Assembly: GCF_004010195.1 (NCBI RefSeq)
Contig: NC_057718.1
Span: 68,914,918 to 68,978,917 of the forward strand
Reading direction: 5' to 3'
DNA from: Chiloscyllium plagiosum
Taxonomy: Eukaryota
Length of the DNA stretch: 64,000 bases
The first letter of the stretch is position 1, and each line of letters opens with the position of its first letter. The notes beneath the pieces were generated by a model. It did not search any database, had not been told where the DNA came from, and saw only the letters and a program-made list of their open reading frames with translations. This document shows positions 13,276 through 27,984 of the stretch, in pieces. Position numbers and translations under genes: made by a program.

Positions 13276-13389
13276 GTATCTGTCCTCTCTTCATTGGGTA
13301 GAAGGTTTCTGACTGGTGAATTGACACAAAGTAAACTACTGTGCACTCAACATAATATATGGTAAGTCATCCTTATTAGGGACAGTCCT

Positions 13390-16270
13390 GTGAAGAGGCA
13401 GTGCTCATTAGAGACAGTCGTCTGCCCCACCATTGACTCCTGTGGAACCGCATTTGACACACCTCTATTTGGGAAAACACCCATCAACCATCACAGTCTG
13501 CTTCCTGCCATTCAACTAATTGTTGATGTAATTGCCTTGGATCCTATGGGTTCTTACTTTTGCTATCAGTCTCCAATGTAGGCCCATATCAAAACCCAGC
13601 TAAAGTAGATTACATCGAAAACATTGCCCTCATCTACACATTGGTTATCTCTTAAAAAAAATGAAATCAATTTGGTCTGACATAACCTCCTTTTAACAAA
13701 CCATGCCACTGTTCTTGATTTGCCCCGGCTTCTTGCAGAATAACTCTGTCCCTCAGAATTATTTCTAGTAGTTTCCCCACCACCAAGGTTAGACTGGCCT
13801 GTAGTTTCCTGGTTTATTTCTCTCTCCCTTCCTGAATAACAATATCACATTGGCGGTTCTCCAGTTCTCTGGCCAGAGAAGAATTGAAAGTTTTTGCAAG
13901 CATTCTTGCAAATTCCTTCCTTGCCTGACTTGCAACCTGGGATACATTTTATCCAGCTCTGGATATTTATCTGCTTTGAAGCCTGCCAGACCGCTCAGAG
14001 TGTCCTCACTATCTATCCAGTTAATTTCTTCAACTGTATCATTAACATAATCTCTATACCCACAATATTCCTCTTGGTAATGGAAACCAACACAAAGTAT
14101 TAGAACCCGACCTATATCCTCTGGGTCCATGCTCAAATTACTGCTGTGGTCCTTAATGGGCCCTACTCTTTTCTTCGTTATCTTTTGACACTTAATGTAT
14201 GAAAAACAGCTTAGGATTTTCCTTTGTTCAGTATTGTCATCAGATCTGGTCACATTATTTAGGGAAGGATGTTAAAGTCTTGGAGAGAGTTCAGAGGAGA
14301 CTTAGTAGAAAGATACCAGGAGTGAAGGATTTTAGATACAAGCAAAGATTAGAGAGATCAGGCTTATTCTCCTTGGATCAGAGAAAATTAAGAGGTGACC
14401 TTATTGAGATGTTCAAATCTGTGAACACTTTTATGGAGTAGAAAAAATATTGTTTCCTGTTGATATGTCAGTAACTAGGGGATCACAATTTCAAGATTGT
14501 CAACAAGAGAGCTAGAAGTGAGATGATGAGAAACTTCTTTACTCTGAGTTGTTAGGATTTGGAATATGCTGTCTTGGAGAGTGATGGAGTTGGGTTCCAT
14601 AGAGAGTTGGATATATATTTAAAAATGATGAAGTTAGAGGGCTATGGAGACAGGGCTGGAAGGTGGGACTAACTGGGTATCTCTTTCAGGAGCCTGTACA
14701 GATATGATGGGTTGAATGGCCTTCTATACTGTAAGATTCTATTTTATTTTACCTGCCAGTATCCTTACGCATCCGGTTAGATCTCCAAATATCCTTTTTA
14801 AATTCCCCTCTTGCATACTCTGTACTTTTCTAGAGCTTCTGTAGTTTGACCCCTCAGTATCTGTCATAAGGTTCCCTTTTTCTCTTAATGCTATGTATCT
14901 CTGGATATCCAGGATTCATAAGATTTGATGGTCTCATCTTTTTTCTTTTTTAAAATATCATGGCCCTCTACTCTCCAAATTCTTGAATGCACCCAATTGC
15001 CGTGAGAGTGATTTTACCTGAAAGTATCTGCTCCCAGTCTACACTGGCCAAATCAAATCTCATCTTATTAAAATTGACCTTGCTTCAGTTGAGAACTCTG
15101 ATTTCAGGCCCATCCTTATCCTTTTCCAGAACAATCTTGAATTGAATGGAGTTATGATCTGCAAAATACCCCCCTACTGAGAGTTCAGCCATTTGCCCAG
15201 CTTTGTTACCTAAAATTAAGTTCAGGATGTTTCACGAATTGCTTAAAAAGCTGGCCTGGCTGCATTTTAAGAATTCTGCTCCATCCAAACCTTTCACACA
15301 ATTACTACTCCAATTAATGTTGGGGAAGTTGAAATCCCTTACTATCACTACCCTATTACTTGTACACATCTCTGAAACTTGCCGACACAGTTGTTCTTTT
15401 TTTTTCCTTGGACTGTTAGTGGCCTTTAGTACACTCCCAGTAATGAGATTGCTCCCTTTTGGTTTTTGCATTCCAACCATTAAATTTAATTTGAAGAGCC
15501 TTCTAAGATGTCTTCTCTACATACTGCTATTATTGATTCCCTGATCAAAATTGTGTCACTGCTTCCTTTTTTACCTCCTCTATTTTGCCTGAAGACCCTG
15601 TATCCTGGAATATTGAGCTGCCAGTCTTTCCCCCCTCTGAACTACATCTCAGTGACAGCAATTACATCATACCCCCATGTTTTAACTTGCACTTTTAGTT
15701 CATCTGCTTTGTTTGTCAGACTCGTTCATCAGACTCCTTGCATTAAAATGAATACCATTCAAATTTGCCAAACCTACTTACGCCTTAACTGGGCTATAAT
15801 GTCTGTTCCATCCTGGCTCACTTGCTGTTAGTTCTAATTTCTATCTTCCCACGCTGAATTTTCTCTCTGGATCCTACACCCCCTGCTAAATTAGTTTAAA
15901 CCCTCTCCAACAGTACCTTCCTTCCGGATGCTGGTCCCATCTTATACAGGTCCCACCGCCTCCAAAAATGGGCGAATAATCCTGAAACCAAAACTCTCCA
16001 TCTCTTAAGGCACGTATTCATCTCAATTAACCTCTTAATTTTGCATACACTCACATGCAGCACTAGAATAATCCAGGGATACTATATTTTGGATCCTGTT
16101 ATTTATTTTACTTCCAAGCTCCCTAAGTTCTGCTTTCAGGACATCCTCCTTTTTCCTACCTATGTTATTGGTATCAATATGCACCACAATCGGTCTGTTT
16201 GCCTTCCCCCTTCAGACTGTCCTGTAGCCATTCAGTGACATCCCTGACTCTGGCAACAGGGAGGCAACAT
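13390..16270 (-). mobile_element. Degraded CR1 LINE (endonuclease + RT) with a + strand CR1 3' fragment at about 14220-14740
   Basis: VVIVRDFNFPNINW, WRTANVILLFRKG..PGNYRPV; nested KDVKVLERVQRR...RGDLIEMFK. Confidence 0.75.
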
Positions 16271-16516
16271 AGCATCCTGGAATCTTTTTTCCTCATTAGG
16301 TAATCCACTCATTCCAGGTAATAGTCTAGTAAACCTTCTCTGAACTGCTTCCAATGCATTAAGATCCTTCCATACGTATGGTGACCAGTACTGTACTCAG
16401 TATTCCAGATGCAATCTCACCAATGCTGCGGATAAGTGAAGCATGACCTCCCTACTCCTGCATTCAAATCTCTATGCAATAGATCATAACACTCTGTTAG
16501 GGCTATAGATCCATAG

Positions 16517-17762
16517 AGGAGAAAGTGAGGTCTGCAGATGCTGGAGATCAGAGCTGAAAATGTGTTGCTGGAAAAGCGCAGCAGGTAAGGCAGCATCCAG
16601 GGAACAGGAGAATCGACGTTTCGGGCAGAAGCCCTTCTTCAGGAATGAGGAAAGTTTGTCCAGCAGGTTAAGATAAAAGGTAGGGAGGAGGGACTTGGGG
16701 GAGGGGCGTCGGAAATGCGATAGGTGGAAAGAGGTCAAGGTGAGGGTGATAGGTCAGACTGGGGGGGGGGCAGAGAGGTCAGGAAGAAGATTGCAGGTTA
16801 GGAAGGCGGTGCTGAGTTCGATGGATTTGACTGAGACAAGGTGAGGNNNNNNNNNNNNNNNNNNNNNNNNNNNNNNNNNNNNNNNNNNNNNNNNNNNNNN
16901 NNNNNNNNNNNNNNNNNNNNNNNNNNNNNNNNNNNNNNNNNNNNNNNNNNNNNNNNNNNNNNNNNNNNNNNNNNNNNNNNNNNNNNNNNNNNNNNNNNNN
17001 NNNNNNNNNNNNNNNNNNNNNNNNNNNNNNNNNNNNNNNNNNNNNNNNNNNNNNNNNNNNNNNNNNNNNNNNNNNNNNNNNNNNNNNNNNNNNNNNNNNN
17101 NNNNNNNNNNNNNNNNNNNNNNNNNNNNNNNNNNNNNNNNNNNNNNNNNNNNNNNNNNNNNNNNNNNNNNNNNNNNNNNNNNNNNNNNNNNNNNNNNNNN
17201 NNNNNNNNNNNNNNNNNNNNNNNNNNNNNNNNNNNNNNNNNNNNNNNNNNNNNNNNNNNNNNNNNNNNNNNNNNNNNNNNNNNNNNNNNNNNNNNNNNNG
17301 GAAGAGATGCGGTGGGGGGCATCGTCGACCACGTCGGGGGGGAAATTGCGGTCCTTGGAGAAGGAGGCCATCTGTGTTGTACGTATTTTGAACTGGTCCT
17401 CCTGGGAGCAGATGCGGCGGAGTCGAAGGAATTGGGAGAATGGGATGGCGTTTTTACAGGGGGCAGGATGGGAGGAGGTGTAGTCCAGGTAGCTGTGGGA
17501 GTCGGTCGGTTTGTAATAGATGTCCGTGTTGATTCGGTCACCTGAGATAGAAATAGAAAGGTCGAGGAAGGGGAGGGAGGAATCTGAGACTGTCCAGGTG
17601 AATTTGAGGTCGGGGTGGAAGGTGTTGGTGAAGTGGATGAACTGTTCAACCTCCTCGTTGCACGAGGAGCACGAGGCGGCGCCGATACAGTCATCGATGT
17701 AGCGGAGGAAAAGGTGGGGGGTGGGGCCAGTGTAGTTGCGGAAGATGGACTGTTCCACATAT
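16517..17762 (-). mobile_element. Neptune-type PLE (young; RT open up to the gap) with pLTR and hammerhead at 16611-16646
   Basis: FLRYIDDCIG...FHPDLKFTW...LPFLDL...YYKPTDSH...SQFLRLRRICS; CTGAAGA-A-GGGC(ttct)GCCC-GAAA-CGTC. Confidence 0.9.
16847..17299. other. Assembly gap (N run)
   Basis: N bases. Confidence 1.
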
Positions 17763-17764
17763 AA

Positions 17765-20420
17765 GATTCATAGAGTCTTACAGCATAGAAACAATCCTTT
17801 TACCGAACCACGTCATTGCTGAATAACAAACACCAAACTATACTTATCCCATTTACCTGCACTTTAGTCCATTGCCTACGAGGCTCTGACATTTTAAGTG
17901 CTCATCTAGATGCTTCATAAATACTGCGTGAGTAAGAGCCTCCACCACCTATCCGGCAGCACCTTCCATATTTCTGCCATACTTCTACAATATTTTTCAC
18001 ACATTTCCTTGAAATGAATTATTCCTCACCTAAGGTTTATGCCCTCTGGTCTTAGATGTATCTGCCATGAGGAAAATATTTTGTCTGGGCCTCTCATAAT
18101 TTTGTATATTTCAATCAGATCACTCCTCTGCTCAAAGGAAAGTAAAGCCAGCCTTTTATCCCAGGCAACATCCTGGTGAATCTCCTCTTCACCCTCTCCA
18201 GTGCAATAGCATCCTTCCAATAGTGTGGTGACCAGGGCTACATGCAGAGTTCCAGCTATGGCCTAACCAATGTTTTATAAAGCATATTGTTCTCATATTC
18301 TGCGTTTAGAGTGTGGTGCTGGAAAAACACAGCAGGTCAGGCAGCATCCAAGGAGCAAGATTCATATGATGAAGGGTTTATGCCTGAAACGTCGATTCTT
18401 CTCCTCCTCCTCAGATGCTGCCTGACCTGCTGTGCTTTTCCAGCACCACACTCTCAATTCTGATCTCCAGCATTTGTAGTCCTCACTTTCTCCTTGTCTT
18501 ATATTCTGCGCCCTGGCTAATTGAAGACTAGCATCAGGTATTTCTTCTTCACCACCCTATCTACTTGTGTGCTGACACCTTCAGTGATCTATGAACTTGT
18601 ATATCAACGTCCCTTTGTTCCTGAGTGGTTCCAAGAGGTCTACCAGTTACTGTGCATATCCCTCTCTTATTAGATCTCCCAAAATACATCACCTCACGCT
18701 TTCCAGGACTAGATACTCTGCCCAATTTAGCTATCAACGCTGCCAATTTTTGTGTCATCTGCAAACATATTAATTGTACCTTCTATATTCAAGTCTAAAT
18801 TGTGAAGATGCATAACAAATAGCAAAGGTCTCAGCATTGATCCCTGTGATACATTGCTGGTCACAGGCTTCCGATCACAAAAATATTTCTTCACCATCAC
18901 CCTGTTTGCAAGCCAATTTTGGATCCAGTTTGACAACCTGCCTTGGATCCCATGGGCTGTTACCTTTTGGACCAGCCTTTCATGTGAGACCATGTCAGGG
19001 GCCTCATTGAAGCACATGTGAACCACATCAATTGTACTAAGCTCATCAATATATTTAGTCATCTTCTCAAAAAACTCAATTAAATTTGTCAGAATCTCCC
19101 TCTAATAAATCTGTGCTGATGATCCCTGATCAATCCCTGCCTTTCTAAGATTAATCCTGTCCCTCAGAATTTTTCCAATAATTTCCCCCCTACTGATTTC
19201 AGACTAATTAGTCTGCAAATACCTGGCCCATCCCTGCTGCCCTTGAACAAAGACACCACATTACCTATCCTCCATTTTTTTGGCACTTCACCTGTGGCCA
19301 GCAAGGTATTAAATATATTCACCAGCACACCAGCAATCTCCTTCATTGCCTCCCATAGCAGCCTGGGACACATCTCATCCGGCCCAGGGGATTTCCTCAC
19401 CTGCATGCCTGCTAAAACACTTAATACTTTGACTTTATTCATCTTAACATATCCTAGAACCTCACAATCCCAACTGAAATCCCTGTTTGCTATGTCATTC
19501 TCCTCTTTGAATGCAGATGAGAAGTATTGATGTAAGACTTCACCTCATGTCCACTGGCTCCACACACAGGCCCTTTTGTTCTTTGATAGATCCTGTTCTT
19601 TCCTGGTAACCCTCTTACTCTTAATATACTTATAAAAAGCCGTGATCCTACTTGCCAGAGATATTTTATGCTCCCTCTTTACCCTCCAAATTTCTATTTT
19701 AAGCAGCCTCCAATTTTGAAGAATCTCCCATATTTTTAATGTGCTGTACCTGATGCATGCTTCCTTCTGTTTCTTTATCAAATACATGATGTCTAGAATT
19801 TTGTGGGCTTGCTGCCTTTTCTCTTCACTCATTGAGGAACACAATGACCCTTGAATTCACTATATTACTTTGAGACTCCCACTTTCCAAATGTAAATTTG
19901 CCACCAAGTAGCTGCTCCCAGTTTATGTTTGCCAGATCTTGTCTCATGATATTGAAATTGACCTTCCCGCAGTTTAATCTTTTAACTCCTGCACTATCCT
20001 TATCCCTTTTCGTAATGAGATTGAAACTTCTAGAGTTATGGTTAATTTCCCAAAAATGCTTGCCCACTGAAACTTCAACCATTTGACTGGCTTCACTCCC
20101 TCGGCTTAGATCTAGCACTGTCCCATTTTTAGTAGGATTATCTGTGTATTGGCACATAAGACTCTCTTGGATACATTTTAAGAATTCCATCCTGTTTAAT
20201 CCTTTCTCACCAAGGCACACCCAGTTAATGTTACAGAGTTGAAATCCCCTACAAATGTAACTCTGTTTCTCTCGTACCTCTCTGTGATTTCCCTACATAC
20301 AGGCTCCTCTATCTCACTTTGATTATTGGCAAGGCTGTTGTATAATCCCGGCCAAGTATTCATGCTTTTTCTTGTTTCTAAGGTCTACCCCGCTGGTCTC
20401 ATTTGAAGACCCTTCTATGA
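17765..20420 (-). mobile_element. Degraded CR1 LINE ORF2
   Basis: KSPGPDEMCPRLL, WIQNWLANR..NVSQGSMLRPLLF..FADDTKIG fragments. Confidence 0.8.
18305..18493. mobile_element. Fold-back PLE pLTR (family A) nested in CR1
   Basis: Inverted arms; TSD about TCTCATATTCTGCG / TCTTATATTCTGCG. Confidence 0.8.
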
Positions 20421-23197
20421 CATCTTGATTATTTGCTTTCCTGATTACTAACATACTGTGATTCATGTACAAGGATACCCAGATCTATCTGCATCTCAGA
20501 GCTTTGCAACCTCTCGCCAGATAGATATTGTTTTTTATCCTTTCTCCCAAAATAGACAATTTCGCACTTCTGCACATTGTTCTCCATTTGTTTGATCTTT
20601 GCCTACTCATATAACCTATCTATATCACCTTGAAGTCTCCTTATGCCCTGTTCACAGCTCGCTTACCTACCTTTCTTTGTGTCACCAGCAAACTTAGCTA
20701 CCATATCTTCAGTCTCAAATCATTTATGTAAGTTGAAACCTCAGCACCAACCCAGGTGGCACACTACTTATCCTGCCAACTTGAAAAAGACATTTATTCC
20801 TAATCTCTGTTTCTGCTTAACTGCAAATCTGTCCAAGCTAATACATTACTCCCTTCACCATGTGCTTTTAATTTCTGCATTAACTTTTGATATGGCACCT
20901 TAACAAATGCCTTCTAGAAATCTAAGTATAATGCATCCACTGGTTTCCCCCTACAGCACAAGTTATTTCTTCCAATTATTCCAGATGGTGCTTCACTGGC
21001 TGATATCACCCCTTAGTGATTCTAGCTCTAGTTTTCAGGTTACAAACTCCCTCACTAGAGGAAATAGTTTCTCCCTATCTTTCTTTAATCACCTTAAACA
21101 TGCTTTCATTGCATCCAGCAGTGCTGTCAGTTGCTCATCTGATTGGCCAGCAGATCTTAGACTGGATGTTCACCTTGCAGGGCCCTTAAATGCTTTTGTC
21201 AGGCAGCGGAAGGTTAGACGGCTATTTGATCTTTTCAGAACCGTTTAAAATTGCCACAGCTAGTTGACACTGGCATTCCAGCCAAATGACTTTGCAATTA
21301 AATTCAGCCTACTGAATCTATCTGGCAACAGCCATCTACTTTCACTCAATACTAATTAGTTTTCCCTATAAGGAGGAAATGTCTGGTGGTCTTGAAGGTT
21401 TATTTAATTTCATTGATGATTTCATGGCTGTCAGGCACCAGTGAATACACTCAGAGTGTGGAGCTATTGAAGTAGATAATGTATTATCCTGTGTGAGGAA
21501 AACAGCTTGTTCATCCATTGAAAACATTTAAAGTTTTAGGGATTAACATCTCAGCAGTTCAATAGAATAGAGTCCTGCAATGCAATAATGTCCCACTGAT
21601 TTTAACAGTGGCACCCAGAATTAAGCCAGAATTTCAGACAGTGTTCTGTGCTGCGTTTGAAGTTGTTCTGTTTGTCACAAGAAGCTCCATCAAGGCGGAT
21701 TCCTCAGCTAATGCAGCAAATCATTTTTTCCACATGTGAAAGGATGGGCTCCAAGTTCTGCCGCGTGGTCTGTAGCAGGTTGTTGGTGGTGGTCATGTTC
21801 GATGACTTTGTACTAAAAGCTGTCCACAGGTTTCTTGGTTTAATGCCCATTTGCCTGTAAGTTCCACCTAGTATTTTTGGCTGGTGATGGCACACCTTTG
21901 TTATCACTATCACCATCATCCAACATATTGAGGGATTTGCACACCCTGCTAAAGTGAACTCAAAACATGATGAGGATTATGTTGCAGTGTGGGAGAGCGC
22001 AGAAAAAGTATAATATGACACACCATCTGCTGATTGTCAACCAGAATGTGTAGGCCAAGGAAGAAGAGAGGAGGATGATTAGATATGAAGAACTGGTGAC
22101 TACAGCATCACTGTCTCCTCAGCAAATATGTTGGTCTTTCACTCGTGGCAGTTTCTCATCTTGCTGTTGTATTGCAATTCTTCCGACAAAAAATAAAGGA
22201 ATATGGTCATGCGAATATTGAGAGATGTTTGAATAGTTGTTATGGGGCATGAGTTGTGGGAAGTTTGTTTACCAAGTTTATAAAAGTGAAGTTAAGGAAC
22301 TCTATATTTTGATTGTCACAGATTTCAGTTAGTGGAGAATGGGAGTGATGTGAATTCAGCATTTAGTAGGGTTCTGAATGGTGCAGCTGTTAAGAGAAGC
22401 TATTTGACCATTTTAAGTCTGTCAGATCAACGATGTTTTAACCTGCTCTGCAGCAATATCCAAAGAGCCATTATACCTGCTCTCATCTCATTGGTAAACT
22501 GTTGCTCTACATCATTGTACCTAAAAGGTTCTGAACCGCTTAGGGGTTTTGGTGGAGCTTCCTTGTCATCTACCTCCAGTGCAATAGCAGTGACCATTGG
22601 TGCATGCTGTCTATCAATTCCTGACAAGTAATCCTGCATACGATGTCCATTCAGTTTGCAGCTACAGTGCACAATTTGTGATCACATGGTGCACATGCGC
22701 ATACCTAATATAGGCCGCCTTGAACAGTAAGGTCATGCTAATTAATGGATTGACCACATTAATTTTGCACAGATTTTACATGCTATCCTCATTGCAATTA
22801 ATGCACAAAGATTAACAACACACCCTCTTTCCTGTGCCCTTTCTCCTCTGGGAATCAATTTCTCTGAAAATGTCAAGCTTGAGAAATTTGTGTAATAGTA
22901 TTCAATTTAGAAACTTTGCAAGATATTGTTAAATCTGTTTTACATGTAGCGTTGCTTCAACATGCTACAGAACAGTAAACCATAGCTTAGTGCACTCATG
23001 ATCATACAATTCATTATCTGTTGCATCACACCAAACAGCAATAAGGACTCTTGTGGCTCGTTGAAAACAGTTTGCCTGCTTTGGTGATGAAAAAAAATCA
23101 AAAGATGATGGCTATAAAAATAATTTTAACTAACATTTCTTGTCTACATGAAAATGATGCCATTTCATTGTTTTGGAATCATGTTTTTTGCCCTTAG

Positions 23198-23350
23198 GTT
23201 TTGTACAGCCAGCTGGGGAGCTTGGGAATGGCTGTTAAGAAGACAGTAGTGGAGCGTTTTGTGGAATTTTACAAGACAATGTGGTCATTAAATGGACATA
23301 ATTTAAGCAAGATCTTCACAGGAAGTCGTGCAAAAGAAGGAAAAACGAAG
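23198..23350 (+). CDS. SYNJ2: SYNJ2 exon, [10 protein letters not shown]...[24 protein letters not shown]
   Basis: ccttAG / GTAAAA; 153 nt, phase 0-0; MWSLNGH..SK.FTGSRA is SYNJ2-type rather than SYNJ1-type. Confidence 0.93.
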
Positions 23351-23863
23351 GTAAAAGAAATAGCATGCACTTATAGTATTTGCAAAACCCTATTTGAAAA
23401 TATCCAACTGGATGGTGATGCCATGGGATCTTGCTTCACCCAGCTCTTTTCAATGACATCTTTGAGTTCGATGAAAAATGGGTCTTCAATGGAATGACAA
23501 CTAGCTTCCTATTCCTTGCATATTTCCAATGTGTTGATATATTTTCTGTATTTGAATCTGTAGTTGCATATATGAGTTTGTTTACAAGTCTTAAATGGGA
23601 TCATACAGGTTTATCCTGTGCTCAGATTCACGTTTGAAGTTAAATATGGTTTTGTAAATGTTCAATTACACTATAATACTGAGTGCACAAAGAATTATTT
23701 TGTCAGCAAATTCAAGACTGTCAGTCTGGCTGTACAGACTGAGCTTGGGAAGAATTAATGTGTGTACAGTTTTTTTCATTACAGTACAAGAAAAAAGAGC
23801 CAGAAATCCTACTTCTGCTCAATGTCCAGTGAACCTTAATGCAAAATTTTCATATTTATCGAA

Positions 23864-25126
23864 GGTCAGAACCCACATGACACCAGGCTAGAGTCCAACA
23901 GGTTTATTTGAAATCACAAGCTTTCGGAGCACTGCTCCTATGTCAGGTGTAGCAAAAATAAGCACACAGGCACAGAATTTATAGGCAGAGAGATCAAAAG
24001 ATCATGCAAATGGTGTGAGTGGCGAAATAGTAAGTCCCTGCAGGTGATCAAGAGTGTTCTACAGCGTGAGTAAAGTGTCAACAGCTGAATAGCAAGTGAA
24101 GGGATGATCTATGATCTGATTAATTGAAGCAGAGAGATAATTACAAAAATTAAAAATTAGATGATGTAGGAGACAAACCAAATAGCTGGGATAACATGAT
24201 AGGTATAACAGTCATATACCAAGGGTTTAACTAAAGTAACATGTAATCCAAAATTGTATAAACTAATTAAGGTAGAGAGATCATAACAAGTTATCAAGGT
24301 GATGGTGTCAAAACAGGACAGTAAGGAACCTTTTACAGATACAGAACAGTATGGTGGGGTTACCTGTAGTATGACGTGAACCCAAGATCACAGTTGAGGC
24401 CATCTTCATGGGTACGGAGCTTGGCTCAGTGATTCTGCATTATTGTGTATCTTTAAGGCTGCCTTAGAAGAGGCTTACCCAAAGATCAGAGGCTGAATGT
24501 CCTTGATTGCTAAAGAGTTCCCTGACTGGAAGGCAACATTCCTGTCTGGCGATTGTTGCACAGTGTCCATTCATCTGTTGTTGTAGCATTTGCTTGGCCG
24601 TGCCAAGATAACATGTCTCGGAGCATCCTTGCCTGCAGCATATGAGATAGACAACATTGGCCAAGTCACATGAGAATCTGCTGTGTATGTGGTGTGTGGG
24701 GTGGTGTTCCCACATGTGATGGTAGTATGCATGTTGATGATCTGGTATGTCCTGCAGAGGTTGCCATGGCAGGGTTGTGTGGTGTTGTTGTTAATATTGC
24801 CCTGTGATTATCTCTCTGCCTCAGTTAGTCAGATCATAGGTTATCCCTTCACTTGCTATTCAGCTGTTTAGACCTTACTCTCACCGTCTGGCACTTTTGA
24901 ATCACCTTCAGAGACTTGGTATTTAGCCTGTCGACACTCACGCACACCATTTGCATGATCTTTTGATCTCTCTGCCTATAAGTTTTGTGCCTGTGTGCTT
25001 CTTATCAGTTCACTTGATGAAGGAGCAGTGCACTGAAAGCTTGTGATTTCAAATAAATCTGTTGGACTATAACCTCGTGCTATGTGACTTCTGATGTTGT
25101 ACACCCCAGTGGTGGCACCTCCACAC
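23864..25126 (-). mobile_element. Family B Neptune-type PLE: GIY-YIG remnant between inverted pLTRs
   Basis: RFSCDLANVVYLICCRQGCSETCYLG (24464-24715, -); arms 23864-24145 vs 24805-25095 are reverse complements. Confidence 0.8.
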
Positions 25127-25414
25127 ATTTATGTGGCCAGCAAAATAGAATGAAACTGCCCTAAAATGTAAAGTCTCTGTAGTCTTATTAGCATGTTGTG
25201 CTGCTCCCTCATTAGAGATTAATGTCTGGTGATATTTTAACCTGAGGTTCACCACACATCAAGCAAGGAGAGAAGTGTAGATATAACCTCAACTGATGTG
25301 AGAATTGAACCCATGCTGTTACGACTCTGCATTGCAACCCAGTCATCCAGTTAACTGACCCATTTCCTCATATCTGAGTAACCAACTTACATTTGTTATT
25401 CTACACTTACATGA

Positions 25415-26580
25415 AGAAATTAGAAGGGGATGGTAACGTCATTGGGGATGTACTATAAGCCCCCAATAAGTCAACGGGAAATAGAGGAACAAATATGCCG
25501 GGAGACTGGGGAGACTTGCAGCAGCAATAGGGTTATCATAGTAAAGGGTTTTAATTTTCCTAACATAGACTGGGACTGCCAAAGAGGCTTAGATGGGGTG
25601 GAATTTGTTAAGTGTGTTCAGGAAAGTTTCCTAAATCCATATATAGAGGGCCCTACTTGGGAAGGGCAAAACTTAACCTACTCTTGGGGAATAGGCCAGA
25701 ACATGTGACAGTGGGGGAGCACCTTGGGACCAGTGACCATAGTTCTGTTAATTTTAAAGTAGTTATGGAGAGGGATAAAACTGGTCCGCAAGTTCAAGTT
25801 CTAAATTGAGGCAAGGTGAATTTTGATTGATTTAGACAGGAGCTTGCAAGGGTTGATTGAAGTAGTTTGTTTGCATGTGGGAGCCATTTAAAATGAGATA
25901 GCTAGAGTTCAAGGTCTATATATTCATGTGAGGGAGAAAGACAAGGTTGATAGGAATAGGGAACCCTGGATGATGAGAGATGTTGAGGCTTTGACCAGAA
26001 AAAAGAAGAAAGCATGTCTTAGGTACAGGCAGCTGGGTCTTCATCAGCTGGGGAAGTGGGCCAAGAAATGGCAAATGGAGTTTAATATTGATAAGTGTGA
26101 GGCCTTGCATTTTGGAAAGTTAAATAAAGGTAGGAGTTTCATGGAAAATGGTAGGGCCTTAAGGAGTGTAGTGGAAATGAGGGACCTTGGAGTTGAGGTG
26201 CATGGTTCTCTGAAAGTGGAGACACAAGTCGACAGGGCATTGAAGAAGTCTTTTGGCACACTGGCTTTCATTAGTCAAGACACTGAGTATAGAATTTGGG
26301 AAGTTATGTTGCAGTTGCATTGAACATTGGTGAGGCCGCACTTGGACTATTGTGTTCAGTTTGGTCATCTTGCTCTTGGAAGGATGACATTAAACTGGAA
26401 AGAGTATAGAAGAAATTTAGAAGGATGTTGCGAGGACTCTGAGTTATAAGGAGATGTTGGACAAGTTAGGAATTTTTCTTTTAGAACGTAGGAGACTGAG
26501 GGGGGAATCTCCTGGGAGTGTATAAGATCATGAGAGGCATGAATGCACTCAGTCCTCTTCCCGTGCTCTGGGACTCTATG
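25415..26580 (+). mobile_element. CR1 LINE ORF2 fragments with internal deletion
   Basis: YYKPP, FNFPNIDW, SDHSSV, WAKKWQMEFNIDKCEALHFG. Confidence 0.8.
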
Positions 26581-27984
26581 ACATGAAGAATTCCACTCCA
26601 GTGATTTCAGGAGTACAACCAGCACCCATTAAATCACGCCTGAGAAAATTCACTTCTTCAGAGGAATTGGAGAAGTTATTGAAGGAATTCATCAGGCCAG
26701 TTGTGGAACTCAGCATTCATGTACAAACATCACTGATTGTCTTGCTTCGCTGCCCCTGCTCTGCCATGCTGCAGCTTAATTCAGAAGTGAATAAAAAGCA
26801 ACCTCCTTTGGAAAAAAAGGGAAAAACATTGGAATCTTGAAATTTCAAGCCACAGATGGTGATCATTTGGCCTATTATTGTCAGTGGCAACTCCTTGAGT
26901 AAATTGTCCAAGCAGATCTAATTCTCCCAGTTCCCATAGCCTTCCAAACTTTTCCTTTGTAGTCACCTATATTTAACTTATTTTCATTTTGAAAGTTTAT
27001 ATTAAATGTGCATTCAACAGACATTCAAATCTAGATCACAATATGCCTTTGGAATGAACAATCTAACCACCACGCCACCTCCTCTCCCTGGCCACCCTCC
27101 ATTCTTTTGTCAGATGGTATTGACATCATCTGTTTACTACAAGAATTCTTCTAGATTAAAAGCTGGAGAAATTGGAATTGGACTAAGGAACAGAAAATTC
27201 AATTAAAATTTCAACAGATAAATAATTTCAGCTGATAAAAGAATGTTTTGATTAGAAAAATATAAAGAACTGCAGATGCTGGAGGTCTGAAACAAAAACA
27301 GAAATTTCTAGTGAATTTCAGGATCTCTGGCAGTATCTGTCAGATTTGAAATATTATCTCTACTTGCTTCTCAAGATATATTTTGAATTTCTATTAAGTT
27401 AGTTGTTACTCGAACAACAGCCTCTGCCAAAAATTATGTAATCGCTATCGGGTGGTCTTATTGACTGCTTTGATTTGAACACCTTTATATTCATTTTTAT
27501 TTCATATAATGTTTCCTATGTCCAGAATCACTTTGAGAATAGAAAGAATTTCAGACTTACTGATGTTCTCCAGTACATTTTTTGTTTCAGATCTCCAGCA
27601 ACTGCAGTTCATTGTTTTATTTAATGAAAGCTTATAGCATTATAGAATATATAATAAAATTGGTTCTGATGAGTTATGAGGGGCTAGGTAAGAATGTGAA
27701 TTGAATCCGATTGACTGGACAAAAATGAAGGTATAGCGCATGGGCATGTATAATCTTAGTGACCTTTCCTGACCTGGTCAAATCGTAGAACTGCTTGCAG
27801 CACTGAATCCATCTCTTCAGGATCACACTCCTGATTTTGACCTTCTCTGGAATCTCCAGACCACCTTATTAATGGTTGCACCAGACTTCATTTTGCCACT
27901 GTTAGGGCAACACTGCCCTCCTGCGCTTTATTGCTCCTTTAAGTCCCCCGTTAAATAGAACCAGTCTGACTCAAGATTGGGATG

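Noticed and set aside
16754..17760. Long 234-334 aa ORFs
   Set aside because: Length is inflated by the N gap; the real part is PLE reverse transcriptase, not a host gene.
21100..22850. Unexplained non-repetitive-looking region with short ORFs
   Set aside because: Possibly an ancient DNA transposon remnant, but no motif could be identified with confidence.
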